Assembly (NCBI GenBank): GCA_028023455.1
Contig: JAQFVV010000005.1
Coordinates: forward strand, 16,244,001 to 16,308,000
From: Epiperipatus broadwayi
Taxonomy: Eukaryota; Animalia; Onychophora
Length of the DNA: 64,000 bases
Reading direction: 5' to 3'
A model generated the notes under the pieces. It ran no database searches. It was not told where the DNA came from and saw only the letters and a program-made list of their open reading frames with translations. How positions within the stretch are numbered: position 1 is the first letter of the stretch; each line of letters begins with the position of its first letter. A program made the translations under genes and the position numbers. Shown here piece by piece: positions 1 through 13,594 of the stretch.

Positions 1-2136
1 CTCCTGAAGTTACATCCACAGTAAGTATTTAATGAAGAGTACAAAAATATTGGTGGTAGGTATAAACAAAAAGAATGTTCCTACCGGATTAATATATTAT
101 GCTACAAAAGTTGAATCTATATGAAAATTTTAGCTAAAGATTTATTAAAAAGATAACATTAAATCATTTATCACATGTACAGCACAGTTGTATAGATTCA
201 CAAATTAAAATAAAAATGAAACATTTCACTGTTTTTTTTAAGACTTGGTAGAATTGCTGCTGTCATTTACTTGGCACTTTGAGCATTATGAAATAAAATT
301 TTAATTTTTTAAACCTCTCAATTGACCTCAGTAGGGAGACCCTGGGGTTTGTGATGGGACTACTGAGATTCAGCTTTAACTCATTTTCTTGCAATTGTCT
401 TTAGTGTTATTTTGATAATTTTGCACTCATTTGACAGTAAAAAATGAAACTAAAATAATATGGATTTACTAATTCAAAACTAAATCTCAAGATGTCACTA
501 CTATACAGAGATTCTTGACTTCATTTAAGAAGAAGCTACAGTACATCCCATCACATCACATTACAAATGTGCTTACAATAACCATACAATAATGCTGAGT
601 GGTAGTTTCTAGTTCTCTCTGCATGAAAGTGCTTGAGAGAGTCTTTGGGCACATTTAATCTTTGTTAGATTTTAAAAATTAAAACATATTTTTCATAATT
701 TTATTACATATTTATGATTATTTTTCAAAATATTTGTGTACTCTTTATATTTTTTAGAAAAATAATGTGATTAGATTCTGATTTTATTAAAAAATAATTA
801 CTTTTAGAAAAAGGCAAGTCAAAGGAAATCAATAATATATGTCCATTTGAATGAGTTCACATCCATATTGACCACAGCAGATTTATTTTTGTCATTTATT
901 TAAGTTAATACAATTTTAATTTTTTTAATCTAGTATTTTAGTCAATAATGTGGTAATCTTTCAATAAAAAGGTTATTGTTCTTATTATGTGTTTCTGTTT
1001 AATATTTCTTTTTCTATATTTGCAAAGTTAAATAATATTTTTAAAAATAATTTTCACTTGTAAACATATATTTCTAAAAAATAATTCAAAATTTCTGAAA
1101 AATATAATAAAAACTAAAAGTAAATTTGATGAAATAAAAAGTTGGAAATTTAATCCAATTACCAATAGGAATTCTCAAAAAGCTTCAAACAATAATTCAG
1201 AATATAAATGCTTCATTCACAATATCATAACAAAATGGCCATAACTATTGTTACAGGTAGGTGACATGAAATTAAAAAAAATGATATCATATAGACTTCT
1301 GAATGTTATCACCAATTTTCCATCACAAGAAGAATAAAAAACAGGAAGATGTATTTTTATTTTGAAAAAGTGATCAAATAAACACATTCTCATATGTATT
1401 CATAGTCCATATATGTAAATGTTATCAAAAATGAAAATTAATGAAGTTCATTAAGCTAATTTTTTTCAAATAAATTATAAAATAACAACAATAACAAATT
1501 AACGCATAAATGAATAAAATAGAATAAAATTATGATAGATTCACTAAAATTTCAAAAAAATTGACTATATAACATAACAATATACAGAATAATTAAAATA
1601 TACCCAATACAACTTTATGTATATTAGCTTATAGAATTTCCCCGTCATTTTTAATTGACAAGTTATTAACTAAATTCATTGATTTAAATATTCATACAAT
1701 TATTTAAGTTATGCTTAATATAATTCTATAAAAAATATTAAACCTTTAAATCATATTAAAGATCAAAAAAAGACAAATATATGAAACAAATTATATTAAG
1801 CAAAACTTGAATAATTGTATGAATATTTATAAAATTTCAATAAAATGAATGGAAAATTGTATAAGAAATATAAATATTGGATATGTTTTATTTATTCTAT
1901 ATATTGTTATGTTATATAGTCAATTCTTTGAAATTTTACTGAATCATAGAATACTTGGTTAATGTTAAAATAGATGTTTAATATTTGAAGAGGGCACAAA
2001 ACCATGTGTTGAAAAAGGTTTTTATGCATAATTATTATTAATATATATATATAGGCAGCTGTTGTATATGCTATTTTTATTATTTATTACAATTTATATG
2101 TAAATGTACTTTCCTTCTTGCTCCCTCAGTTTATTA

Positions 2137-3331
2137 CACCTGGGTCTCGTTTTACGCGATAGATAGGTTCCTCAGAAAACACGCGCAAACGAAATCGGGC
2201 AAAAATAGATGTAACTTACATTGAAAAAGGGGCGATGCGGTCTGTGATTTTTCAAAATTCGCGTAAAAGCAAAGCACCAATGTAAAATTACTTTAAAATT
2301 CGTGCAAAAAAAAATAAGGAAATAAAATATGACTAATAAAAAATTTCAAATTTGAAAAAAATTGATACAAGACAAACTTTTTTTAACTATAATATTTAAT
2401 TTTATTCAAAATAATATATTTTTATGCATAATTTACAGTACAGTAATTTACATTTTTTATGCATGTTTTAATTATTAATGCTATTTGCCGATAAACAGGT
2501 TCATTTGCAAACTGGTAAAGATTCTTCACAAGAGGAACTATAACTAGCGCCAACTTCACTCTCATGTTGTTGTTTTAATGGTTTTCTAGTAACAATGTAA
2601 TTAGTAATTAATCTTTGAGACGATGATTTTATTAATTGTTTATGAAGCTCACGATATCCAGACATACAACCATTTAGCTCTCGTTGGAATTTAAGAGCAC
2701 GTTCGTGATTAGTATTATTAGTAAGAAAATAATTTGCCAACTTATTAGAAAGTTGAAGACCTTCTCGAATCATTTTGGAAGTGAAAGGAACAGGTTCCAC
2801 TTCTGTTTCATTATCTTTTTCTACATTTTCTTCTGTATCTAAACTTTTATTTTTGTCTTTAATTTTTTAATTTTCAATTCCGTTTAAAAATCAAATTTTG
2901 TTTCACTGCTATTATTCACCTCTTAAAAATAAACTTGCAGACACTAAATGATTAATAATTGATTAAATGTTCTTTTTTAAAAAGCAAAAACAGAATGTGA
3001 TTTAAAATGCAAAATTAACACGCACAATGTTTGAACAAATTTACATTATAATCTTGTAAAATTTAATGTGTGTATACATAAAATGTGGAAATCATGATTT
3101 TAATTTCATTATTGCATAACATCTTACTATTATAAAGCACTGAAAATATTGAAATTACTAAGTTGAAAGTCGAATTTCAATAATTTTGCTATTACTTTCA
3201 ATATAACGTAAGTGCGCGAAATTTATTATTTAAAGTAATAGCGCAATATCGGAGTTCGACTACCAGTGAAACATGAATCGCATAACTTCAAAATCGTGTT
3301 AGATAAGTCCACGTAAAAAGAGCCCCAGGTG
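2137..3331 (-). mobile_element. Internally deleted pogo/Tigger-type DNA transposon
   Basis: TIRs CACCTGGGTCTCGTTTTACGCG (2137-2158) and rc CACCTGGGGCTCTTTTTACGTG (ending 3331) match at 19/22 and are flanked by TA on both sides. The element is CpG-rich relative to its flanks. ORF 2501-2800(-) (..GLQLSNKL..ERALKFQREL..YRELHK..QRLITNY) resembles Tigger transposase C-terminal tails (recognised from memory, not searched). Confidence 0.75.
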
Positions 3332-3446
3332 TATTCTATAATCTTTTTTATAACTATATTATTTTTTAAAACTTATTCTTATTAATAAATCTTAATACAT
3401 ATAATTTTTAAATTAAATTAAAGTGTTGACAGTATCTGCACAAGAC

Positions 3447-3447
<1 letters not shown>

Positions 3448-3478
<31 letters not shown>
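3448..3478. repeat. (TA)n microsatellite
   Basis: About 15 TA units, directly visible. Confidence 0.95.
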
Positions 3479-3481
<3 letters not shown>

Positions 3482-3653
3482 TGTAAGGTTTTCACAGACT
3501 TATAGACATAAACATTGAAATATAATGGGAACTTTCCAACAGTCTAGATAAAAATTTCAATTATAAAGTTTCCAAGGCAACAAACAATTAAAATTAATAG
3601 CCTAGTTTATGAACTTTTTAAAGTTAGTAATTATATATATATATATATACATA

Positions 3654-4105
3654 CAGTGTGTCCCAATAAAAAGCTGATTGGTGGCTGATTCTCCCCAAGC
3701 ATCTTATAGTATTATCTCTGAATCAACATGTGTGTTATAGAGCAACACAATTTTGGCTATTCCCAACAAAAATTTTGAAGTACTAGCACATCTGGATAAC
3801 AAATTATGACATGAAAAGTGAGAGCATTTTGTGCCCTAATCCAGGATGGAACAACACCCTAACAAATTTTGTTTTCAATTGTGGAGGTCATAAATAATAA
3901 AAATGTTTTCAAGTGGTTGCCAAAATTATATAATAACAATGAGAGCTTTGAAGATTATCTATGAATATTTCATGTCATAACTTATGATCTGGATATGCTT
4001 AGCATAAGGAATACTTAAACTATATCACTATGTAATACATGCATTAATTCAGGGATGGTGATGCAAAGAGAGAGAGAAATAGTCACCTTTTTTGGGGATA
4101 CACTA
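3654..4105. mobile_element. Mariner/Tc1-derived non-autonomous element (MITE)
   Basis: TA-flanked ends CAGTGTGTCCCAAT... and ...TTGGGGATACACTA are imperfect inverted repeats. The left end and interior are similar to the elements at 13035 and 22453. Confidence 0.65.
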
Positions 4106-5246
4106 TATATATTTACAATGTAAATTATATAGGATGAGTACTACCTGTGTTTTTTTTTTGTATCAAAGACTAGGAACCAAATAGCAAGGATATGATAGTT
4201 CTATCTTCTTCAAGAAGTATAATAACTACACTTTCTTATGGCATTGCCAAATGTACACTGTATAATACAAAATTGTCCATTCACATTACTACTGATACAC
4301 AATGCTTTATTTATAAAGTTCTGAAGAAGATTGCTGGGGCAATCGAAACTGTAAACTGTAAAAAAGAGTGGTAAATAAAGAATTGTGTAACAGTAGTAAA
4401 TTTAGTATTATATGGTATAATTCTATCTTATTGATTGACCCTAGTCAAACTATAATATGTGAACTAAAGACATATTACAGCAATAAATTAAAATTGATCT
4501 ACAAAAGGCAGATGTGGTATTACTTAAGAAGATAATATATGAATGGAAGAAATGGGATTCATCACTTTGTAGATTTCTTATAAAGATTAATCTCTCTAAT
4601 TCCAGAATAATGATAAAAGACAATACACTTCTCACACTGCAGACCCATAAAATTTTCATAATGTGAATAAGTTAATTATTATTATCACAAGAGATAATCT
4701 GAAGAATTTCCTTACCATATCAATTTTCTAGAATTTCTTGAATTTTTTTTTTCATTATTTTCACAATCCAGATTATTAATTATCAAATAATATATAATAG
4801 TATGAAATACAAAGATAGTTGCTAATGAATATGTAAGTACCTTTGGACATATAAATATTGTAAGTTTTGTGAATGATAAGTTAGCAGTCCTTGATTCTTA
4901 TTATATGCCATTTTTCTACTAGCCAAGTGAATATTTCAAAGTTTATTCAATAACTTTAAAAACTTGGATGTATTTAGAAATTTTATGAAAGATATCATAG
5001 TTGAAATATCGAAAGAAAATTTTTCAATTATTTTTACATAACAATATCTGCTTGGTTACAAAAAAATACCATACATAAATCAATAAATCAGAAACAATAA
5101 TCCATTTAAAACTTATAGTTCTAACTAATCCTTAACTACTTCTAGTTTCAACAGTGGCACCATATTTGTTTATATCATTTTTTAAAAACTGAGAAAGATT
5201 GAGTCAGTTAAAAATCTAATGAAGTTACACAAAAAATATATCCTTT

Positions 5247-5520
5247 GGTGGATGGCTCAGTTGGTTAGAGTGTTACCTTAAAATTCAAAACTCAAGAATC
5301 TAAAGACCCAGGTTCGAAATCCATGCTAGTAGTGTCACTGTCAGGCCAGCAACACCTGAAGAAGAGGGGAGACTAATATCTCTCAAACCGTTGGACATAT
5401 ACTAACCTGTTTGATGTGCTATTACTAACAGTCAAATGTATTTGAAATATTTAAATAAAGTTAAAATTTTCTAAAGACATTCAATACTCAAATTAGATGA
5501 TGGAAATAGTCCAATATAAA
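5247..5520 (+). mobile_element. tRNA-headed SINE, family 2 (copy 1)
   Basis: A-box-like GGCTCAGTTGGTTAGAG and B-box GGTTCGAAATCC. The ~270 bp body aligns with 25487-25745, sharing gtgctattactaacag, aaataaagtt and attagatgatg. Confidence 0.7.
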
Positions 5521-7562
5521 AATACAATGCATATCATATAGAATTTCTAAAACACCACAACAATAACAAACTCACTAAAGATTGTTTTCATGTAGTTATA
5601 ACATGGCAGTACCATCTACTGTTCATTAACTTATTCAGTATTGATGAAATGGTTAAATGTTTATATAAAAAAATAGAATATGTACTAATAATAAGGGAGG
5701 TTAGATAAGTAAGTTGATGAAAAAGATGAGATTTGGAAAATAAATAGAACAATAAAAAATAGTTATATAAGAATAAAAAATATATAAAACATGGAAAAAT
5801 ATGTGATAAAACTACAAGACTGTTATTATTTAATGTTTGATGCTAGAATAGAAGCTTATGAAATAGAATAAAAATTTGGATTGTAAATATAGTTTATGTA
5901 GAGATGATAAAGATGATATTGCATATTTATTTTTAGAGTAGAAGATGCAAATAAATGTATGCGAATATGAGAACTTTAAAGATAAAAGTCCTTATAAAAA
6001 AATAGGCGATATGAGAGTAGGATAAAAGAATTAGTGAAACAGCTTTAATTATAATAAGATGGCTGTAGAAAAGTAAATAAATCAAGTTGGAAAAATGATT
6101 TAGTAATAAGAAGCAAGAGCTAAATGAGTTAATTGTTGTATGTAATATCTTTAGCAGTAGTGAATATTTAACTTGACTAATATGGCTTCTAAACACTTAG
6201 CTTATGTGTGCAGACTTCTGGCTTCATTTAAGAAGAATCCATGACATCATAACATGTAAGCTACTGATACTATATACAGATTGTTTTAATAATTATCATA
6301 ATCATCAATTTTTGATAATGGCTAATAAAATGTTAATTTAAATTTTAAAAAATATTAATTTAAAAAAATAATAATTTATAATCTGAAAACAATTTTCCCC
6401 CAATTATAATAAGAATTACAACTGATTTTATAGTTCTATTCAGTGGTGACTCCTTTTTTTAAATCTGTTTGGGATCTTGTGGTTGCTTATCATAATGTTT
6501 TCATATGATCCCTTTCATTCCGATCTCATTACAATGGTTCAAATTGAGAACATTTTTATAACCATATGAAACAAACTTGAAGCTTTTCTGTGTTTTTTAT
6601 TCAACTTAGTCTTTTTTAATCTATTTAAGAAATCTTTTAATTCAATTTTCACCCATGTCCCCATTTCTGTTCAGGTTGAAATTTTGTACACATATGTATT
6701 TCTGATGACAATACATTTTTTTTAGAGTTTGCAAATAGTTTTAGCAAAAAAATAGGTAGTGAAAAATAAGAATTCAATATTCTTTATAGTACTGCCATCT
6801 AGTAGTAGTAAATACTAACTAAACTTTTTTATAAACTAAAAAGTAGAAAATAAAAAAACATTTAAATAAAATTTGAAGAAGCACTTTTATTCACATAAAT
6901 GCACTTAAAAATGAAAAATTATTTTTTTTGTGAATTCATATTCTTGATACTATAGACCAAAATAAAAAGATGCAGTACTCATAGTGGTACACAGTTTTAT
7001 TTTGGTTGCATAATGTCAAGAATACTGTGAAAAATATAGAAAATTTATTTCTTTACTCCTTAGTGCATTTATGTGAATAAATTATTTTTTTTAAATTTAT
7101 ATATATATATATGTATGAATGTATTAGAGAAATAGTATGGCCAAAGTGAGATTAAAATAAATTTGTTTATTAATCTAACTTTTGACACAGAGTATCTGTT
7201 TCAAAGCATAACTGATAGATAATTAGCAGTGTGATAGTATTTCCGATTATAGAAGATTAAACTGCAGTGTTTGAAAGATTTGCATGATTGTATGTATAAT
7301 AGGTAAGTGCAAAACACCACCTATGTTATCAGATTAAACAACCAATGTCTATTGAGGGGAACACTATTGGCTCATATATTTATTGTATGTATGGAATTAT
7401 GTGCCAAGCCTCTGCTAATTATCTACCAGTTATGCTTTGAAACAGACCCTCTGTATCGAAAAATTAACTCAAAAGATTAATATATAAATCTATTTAAACC
7501 TCACGTGGTGGTACTTATTATTTATTTTTCTAATACATATTTTCTACAGCTTTAAACTTCTT

Positions 7563-7842
7563 ACCACAGGCAAAACTCTCCATACAGTAGTGCCACTCAG
7601 TGCCAGCCAGGGTAATCAATGGATGCCAGAAGGCTTGTGCATAAAATCCCCATCTAGTGCCTACTCATCCAATATCCCCAGACTAGTTTCTGGCTTGTGG
7701 CCTTTGTCAGTGAGAAAACTTGGATCTGAGAGCACTCCAACTAGATCTTAGGATCTAATGCAACCCTCCAGCAGCCACCTTTTATCTCTACATAACTATA
7801 AATTAGTTATGTGCAAGCATAAGAAATGGTGATCAGGTGATG
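7563..7842. mobile_element. HHR family A element with inverted 3' tail; 12-bp TSD
   Basis: Minus-strand body (7563-~7800) is homologous to 50707-50943 and carries a degenerate HHR at 7675-7716 (core CTGACAA). It is followed by a plus-strand copy of the family 3' tail (~7806-7842). TSD TTTAAACTTCTT at 7551-7562 and 7843-7854. Confidence 0.8.
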
Positions 7843-9489
7843 TTTAAACTTCTTTTATATAGTATGTATGTATATTTAAATAAAATATCTGTAACAATAT
7901 TTAGTATATCTCTGAGATGATGAATACATAATGAGATAGATAGAATCTAATTATAATATTCACTCATTGGTGACTTAACAGTGTGCTATTAGAATGATCA
8001 CAGTAGGAAAGTAATATATTGGGTGATAATAAATCAAATAGAATATATTTTACTGCATTTTTTCAAAGATTGATTCCATAATATAAATTTTTCTTATCTT
8101 TACAATTGTTGTATCATTTCACCATCTTTTCTGAGTTAGGAAGTCTGTATATGCTTTTAAAAATGCCAATATGTTAACTGTTCATCCATCAGATATAAAA
8201 CAAAAACATGATGCTTTTTAAATAATATGCTTTAAAAATATTAGACAGATTTCTAAGATTGAAAATAAAGTAAGGTAATTAATTAAAGTAGTCAGTTAGT
8301 GTAAGATCAAATGCTGAGATTAATTTCGGATTCAATTAAAGATTGGGATTTTTTTTAAAAATCTGTCTGGAGCAAAACCCAGGGGACTCTTGTGTTACAA
8401 TAATTATACAAAACTTCAGACAGGGTCTATTAATGTGAAGAGAATTAAAAGCACTTTTTAAACTAGAAAAGCAGACAGCAGCACATTTTTAAGAAATAAA
8501 ATAATCTGTGGATCAAATTATTAAGACCTCATACTATAAAACAATCTTAAAACAAATAGAGGCCACCTATATACAGAAAGCAAGCAGAGAAACTTTGGAG
8601 ATATACATTTATACCATCATATGTCTTAATAAAAGGAAAACAAAGATGTATACTCTATCATACATAATTAAATATGATCACTTTAAAACTGTGCCAACTA
8701 TTTAAGCACCAGTAAAACAATCAAATGATTAGTTTCTTTGAGGTCACATGACATGTGAGCACCAATGAATAAAAATCCCAATAAGTAGAACTGATAATTG
8801 AATAACATTTTCCAATATTTATGTTGTTTCCAAAATTATTTATGCCTAATAATGCCCATTTGACTAGAACAGGTATAAAACAATCAATAAAAAACAGTTG
8901 TGTAATTATTATTTATGAAACTTATAATAATAACAACCAATTTTTAGATATTTCCAATTTCAACAGTTATTTCACATTTGTTTGACATTTTGCTATTTTT
9001 AATAACTGAAAAAAACTTAATCAGTTAATAATTTTCTAATCATGTTACACAAAAATAGAACAAAATATTATTTCTAAACAGCTTAATAACAGGATGTGCT
9101 TTGATCTAAACATATTTAACTCTGAAGTTCATTACTTTACTACTGTGCTAAATAACAAGGGTAAATCAAATAGGCAATCAGCCACTTGGGAGATCATTTG
9201 ATATTCAAAAACCAAAATCATTGTTTGAGCTTTAATTTATGAATGATTAATTTCGGAGTCATTCTAATAATTCTATTGCTGTCCTAAAATACATGATGTT
9301 AAAAGACAATAATCAGATTACTAGAAGGTGCTATCAAATAAAACTGATTATAATACTAGGATCCAATGAAATTAAGGACAAGACAATCAATTATATTTCA
9401 CAGAAAAAATGATTATTATAGACAATGGCACACCATATCTATTACAAATGGATAAAATTATGTTTATAAAGGAATGTAAATGTTCTTAC

Positions 9490-9576
9490 CTCTCTCGTCT
9501 CACTGCAGATTTTGCAAAGCCATAATGGTTGACTCTGGCTGCCGAGTGTATCAACACCACATTTGGTACAGACAGC
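9490..9576 (-). CDS. Rph: Rabphilin/Noc2-family exon (FYVE-like Zn finger, second half)
   Basis: Boundaries ttttag|...|gtaag; 87 nt, phase 0/0. Translates AVCTKCGVDTLGSQSQPLWLCKICSETRE, matching the VCTKCG..WLCKIC.E.RE motif of rabphilin-3A/Noc2. Confidence 0.95.
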
Positions 9577-9654
9577 CTAAAATTAATTAATAACATTAAA
9601 ATGATGTATAAAATGCATCTGCATATTATAGCAACTTATTATATCTACATTCAA

Positions 9655-9770
9655 GAGCAACTTCCAGAGCCATCTAGTGTAAGCCTGAGTAATCAATGAA
9701 ATACTAGATAGTAGTATTATATACACTACTCCAGACTAATTTTTGGTTCATAGCTTCATCAATGGGGACT
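9655..9770 (-). mobile_element. Fragment of HHR family A-related element
   Basis: rc reads TCCCCA TTGATGA AGCTATGAACCA AAAA TTAGTC TGGAG (degenerate HHR, 9729-9768), followed by the tail ..cattgattac..acactagatggc that is also seen at ~21030 and ~34271. Confidence 0.6.
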
Positions 9771-10159
9771 TTTAAAGTTGGAACTAATGCACTTACACAT
9801 TGAGTAACCACATTTGATTCCTTCATAGAATCAAGCTTATCTGTTTTTGAGTTTCAGGCTATTTATTATCAATAATATAGAGAAATAAAGATAGTTACTA
9901 GAAGTGTAAATGAATAGTTCCAGCTTTGAATGCAAAAATTTGTTGGTATAAAACATTTCATAATAAAACAACACATTGAAAATGATATAAGAAAACAAAA
10001 GTCTCAAAATTTTAAATTTCCAAATAAATAGTTCACAATCACTTATTATAAAAGCTGGCATTTATGGTAAGATAATGCCTCCATGATGTTCTACTAATAA
10101 AAATAGTAATACAGATCATCAAATATTTTGTTTTCTAATAATCAAAAGATATTTCTATA

Positions 10160-10290
10160 TGGTTTAGTGTTGTGGTAGAATGTCAAGATTTTAGAGCATA
10201 AGGTCCTCTAATCAATTCTAGTTCTCACACTTCTGATGCTCCAACTTCTTGTGAACTCTTGAGCTACAAACCCATTTGATTATTTACTTT
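10160..10290 (+). mobile_element. Old degenerate SINE-like family (family 3), representative copy
   Basis: Similar segments (..aaggtc..cacttctgatg.tc.aacttct..gaa.tc.tgag..) recur near 18120, 20140, 20830, 24070(-) and 24960. The copies are highly diverged and the boundaries are uncertain. Confidence 0.4.
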
Positions 10291-11839
10291 TATAATCAAA
10301 AAAATCAAGAAGTTAAGTCATGGCTAAAGAAAAGCCACTTAAAGCATCAAATTAACTTTTAACACTTTCCTCTAAAGAAGCAGTTTTCTGTTTGATCATC
10401 CTACAATAACATTATACCTAAGTTCTAATAATTTTTGCATAGTCTCATAGGGTATACAGTTGAACAAAGAGTTTCTGTTACTTGTAAATTTTGAAATTAG
10501 AGCTATTTGCATAGTTTCAGTCAATACTTTGACTCTTTAAAAGTGTTACTAGTAATATTTTTCTACTCGAATATAAGCAGTATCTAATAGAAATAATTCA
10601 GTTCTAAAAATGTGCCACTGTTTGAGACTTTGCATTCCCTGAATGCTTTCAATGTTTCATTTCAGATAATAATTGAATAGTCTCCTGAATAAAGTTAAAA
10701 TTCTTATGTCTCAATTACTATTTGAATAATGTTTTCAACCATTATCAAGGCATAGCACAATGAAAGTTTCTACAAATTTAAGTCAACTTATCTGGTATAT
10801 AGTTTCTTGTATTAACACCACTCTGGTAATTTATTATCCCATACATCCATCTCACATATGACCCTTTTATAAATATTTAATAATATCATTGGTCCCAGCT
10901 TGAAAATTCAATTGTTTATAGCTATCTTTTCTAGCAACATACCCAGTTCAGATTCATTGTATCTTCCTAACTCTTTTAATCATATTAACCATATTTATTT
11001 GTTCTCTTATCCATGTATTCTGCCTTTATTTTTTTATTGTTACTTGCTACTCAGTTTTAACCCAGCACCACACCTCAACAGGGCACAATTGCGAACCAAG
11101 GGACCCTGTGGTTGTTTGCAGAAAATGACATGACTTGAAAAGAAAAGTGAAAGAAGCTTGCTTTATTGCTAGGGACAATTATACCATAAATAGAAAAGAT
11201 CCTTGCTACAATATATCCAAGAAATGCAATACATAAGGTCATTTGCATAAATTTACATTGCACTTAAGTCATCTTGTTTGTTACAATATTGCTATGAATA
11301 TGAAGGCTGTGTCCCTTGAAAGCACTCAGCCATATTTATAATTATTTATTTTATTTTGTATTATTTTGATATATGAAGAATTTTGAAAATTCAGCTTTGT
11401 GTGTATATGCATTGTTAGCACAAATCATATTTATATATTCTTGTTACTTCCAGAAAAAAATATTTCTATACTGCATTATATGATCTGAAGTCATTCTATC
11501 GTTCTTTCCACTGAGCATTTATCTCAAGACTATATATGAGAAATTGTAGATCTTTAATCAAGCTTATTGTTGATGGCAATAGAGGAAGGTACTGCTCTTA
11601 TTTTATATAATGGGTGAGCTACAGAATTAACTAATTTGCTGTTAGAGTTATTAAAACCCTTTCTTTTTTTAGAATGTAGGCACTTTTCCTTTTAATGTTA
11701 AGTTATTTCTAACAAAAGCACTTCAAGTTTAGTTTTGTGACTGACCAAGATATTTGTAATTGTTAACTTTTTATTTTTAATTATCCCACTGAACCTTGAT
11801 CTCTTTAGTGATTAGTTTTAATCCTACTTTCTTACTTCA

Positions 11840-12860
11840 ATCTAGACATTATGAAGTTCTGAAGAATTATTTTCAAAAACAACTACATCATCAACAATAT
11901 CAAAATAACAAATAATGATTTTCTCTTCATTTCCCATTTTAATTGACAAAATAATTCCCTTGAAATTATTGCAAAAAGGTTTGGAGGGTTAGAGTCATTT
12001 TGTTATACATCTTCATCAATGTTAATCAATGATATTGTATTTTGATAAATATTTTTCAGAATAGAACAACATCTTGCATCCATATTTTGATGGTCTATTG
12101 ATTTATATTATTACTAAAATGCATAAATAATTAAATGTTTTTTCATAATATGCAAATTAAATGTCATCCATTATATTAAAGCCACTTTTAAATACTAGTT
12201 TGTTTCTTTTGAATGATTATTATCTAAAGTTTCCTGTAGATAAATTGTAATAATCACAATAATTGTAATTCTGATAGGTTTGTAATTTCTTATATCTTCT
12301 TTATCACTTTTCTTAAAATATCAATAATTTACTGCTTTAACATCTAATACATTTTTATCACTTAGATAGTTGGTATTTACTGAGAATTTTCTCTTTCTTC
12401 ATGTGCTTCTTTTAAAATACAACTAATTTTATCACTTCCTCAAGTTTTCCTTTTTCATAAATTTAATTGCTACCTCACCTCTTCATTTAAAATATTTGCA
12501 ATTCAAAAGATAAAGTTTTTTGTAGAACTCTTCCACATATTTTACTGATGTTAAGATTCTCCTTTTAAAAATAGCACCACATTTGTTTATTGCTAAAACA
12601 ATTTTTATTTTGCTATTCCACAGTAATATTCCCTACTATTTCAATACTATTTTACAGAATTCCAAATTTTGAAAATAAATCATTTTAAATACTTTGATAT
12701 TCTTTTGTTCTTCATATATTGCTTTGCATTAGATGAAAATTCATTGACGAATTACTGCTAGTTTCTACTGACTATCTGTATAGCAGTCCTTAATTCTTAC
12801 AGAATTTGTAAAAGTTTGAACCACCATCAAAGATTATTAATACTTTAAAATAATTTGTAA
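11840..12860 (-). mobile_element. Decayed RTE-clade LINE RT fragment
   Basis: Broken frames include QNDSNPPNLFAII.RELF (like the QGDxxSPxLF RT motif) and upstream linker segments resembling the 57900-58200 region of the larger RTE copy. Confidence 0.5.
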
Positions 12861-13034
12861 ATTCTAGCTTAAATTCATTGTAATATATATAAAGGTTAAA
12901 AATATCAACTGCTAATAAAATATTATCTTTAATCTCACTGATTGAATTGTGACTATCATTTCTACGGCTTAAATGTCACTGAGAAAATATAGGGTATTGA
13001 AATGTTCTTATTCACAAAGATACGTATATATAAA

Positions 13035-13594
13035 CAATGTATTCCAATGAAAAGATGACTGGTTCTCTCTCCAAGATATCTGCTGCAGGATCTCCGAATA
13101 AATATATGTTACATAGAAACATTGTTTAATTATTCACCACAAACATTTTAAGGCTCTGACATGTTTGAATGATAAGTTATGGTATCAAATAGGAGTGGGT
13201 GTTTTGTATTTTATTTCACAATGGAATAAAGTGTTAACATTAAAATTTGTGTTAAATTGGGAAAAATTATTGCAGAAATATTTGAAATGGTTAAAACCAT
13301 GTAGACAATGCATCCATAAGTTGCAAGAATATTTTCATATGGTTAGAAAGATTTTATGAAGGAAGGGAATGTATCCATAATTTGCAAAAACATTTTCAAA
13401 TGATTTGCAAGATTTCATGATAGAAGTGAAAATATAAGACCATCCACGAACTTGTGGTGTAGATGTACTAGTGCCTTAAAATCTTTAGACTGGATAACTA
13501 AACACAGTTGCTAAGTAATACATGTTTTGATTCAGAAAAGATATCTCAGATAGCTTGGAAAGAGAATCAGTCATATTTTCACCGGGACATATTG
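13035..13594 (+). mobile_element. Internally deleted mariner element
   Basis: ~40-bp imperfect TIRs (CAATGTATTCCAATGAAAAGATGACTGGTTCTCTCTCCAAG / CTTGGAAAGAGAATCAGTCATATTTTCACCGGGACATATTG). From 13221 the sequence reads ME*SVNIKICVKLGKIIAEIFEMVK, like the mariner transposase N-terminus (EQRxxIKFCxKLGK). Confidence 0.75.

Noticed and set aside
1-1262. Plus-strand exons ending at donor-like sites (ACA|GTAAGT at ~21; CAG|GTAGGT at ~1257)
   Set aside because: No recognisable peptide or consistent frame; such sites are common by chance.
1-9489. Next rabphilin exon (expected WK.SGAWFF motif)
   Set aside because: Not found by eye in any minus frame; it probably lies left of the window. The C2 domains that would distinguish rabphilin from a Noc2-like product are therefore not seen.
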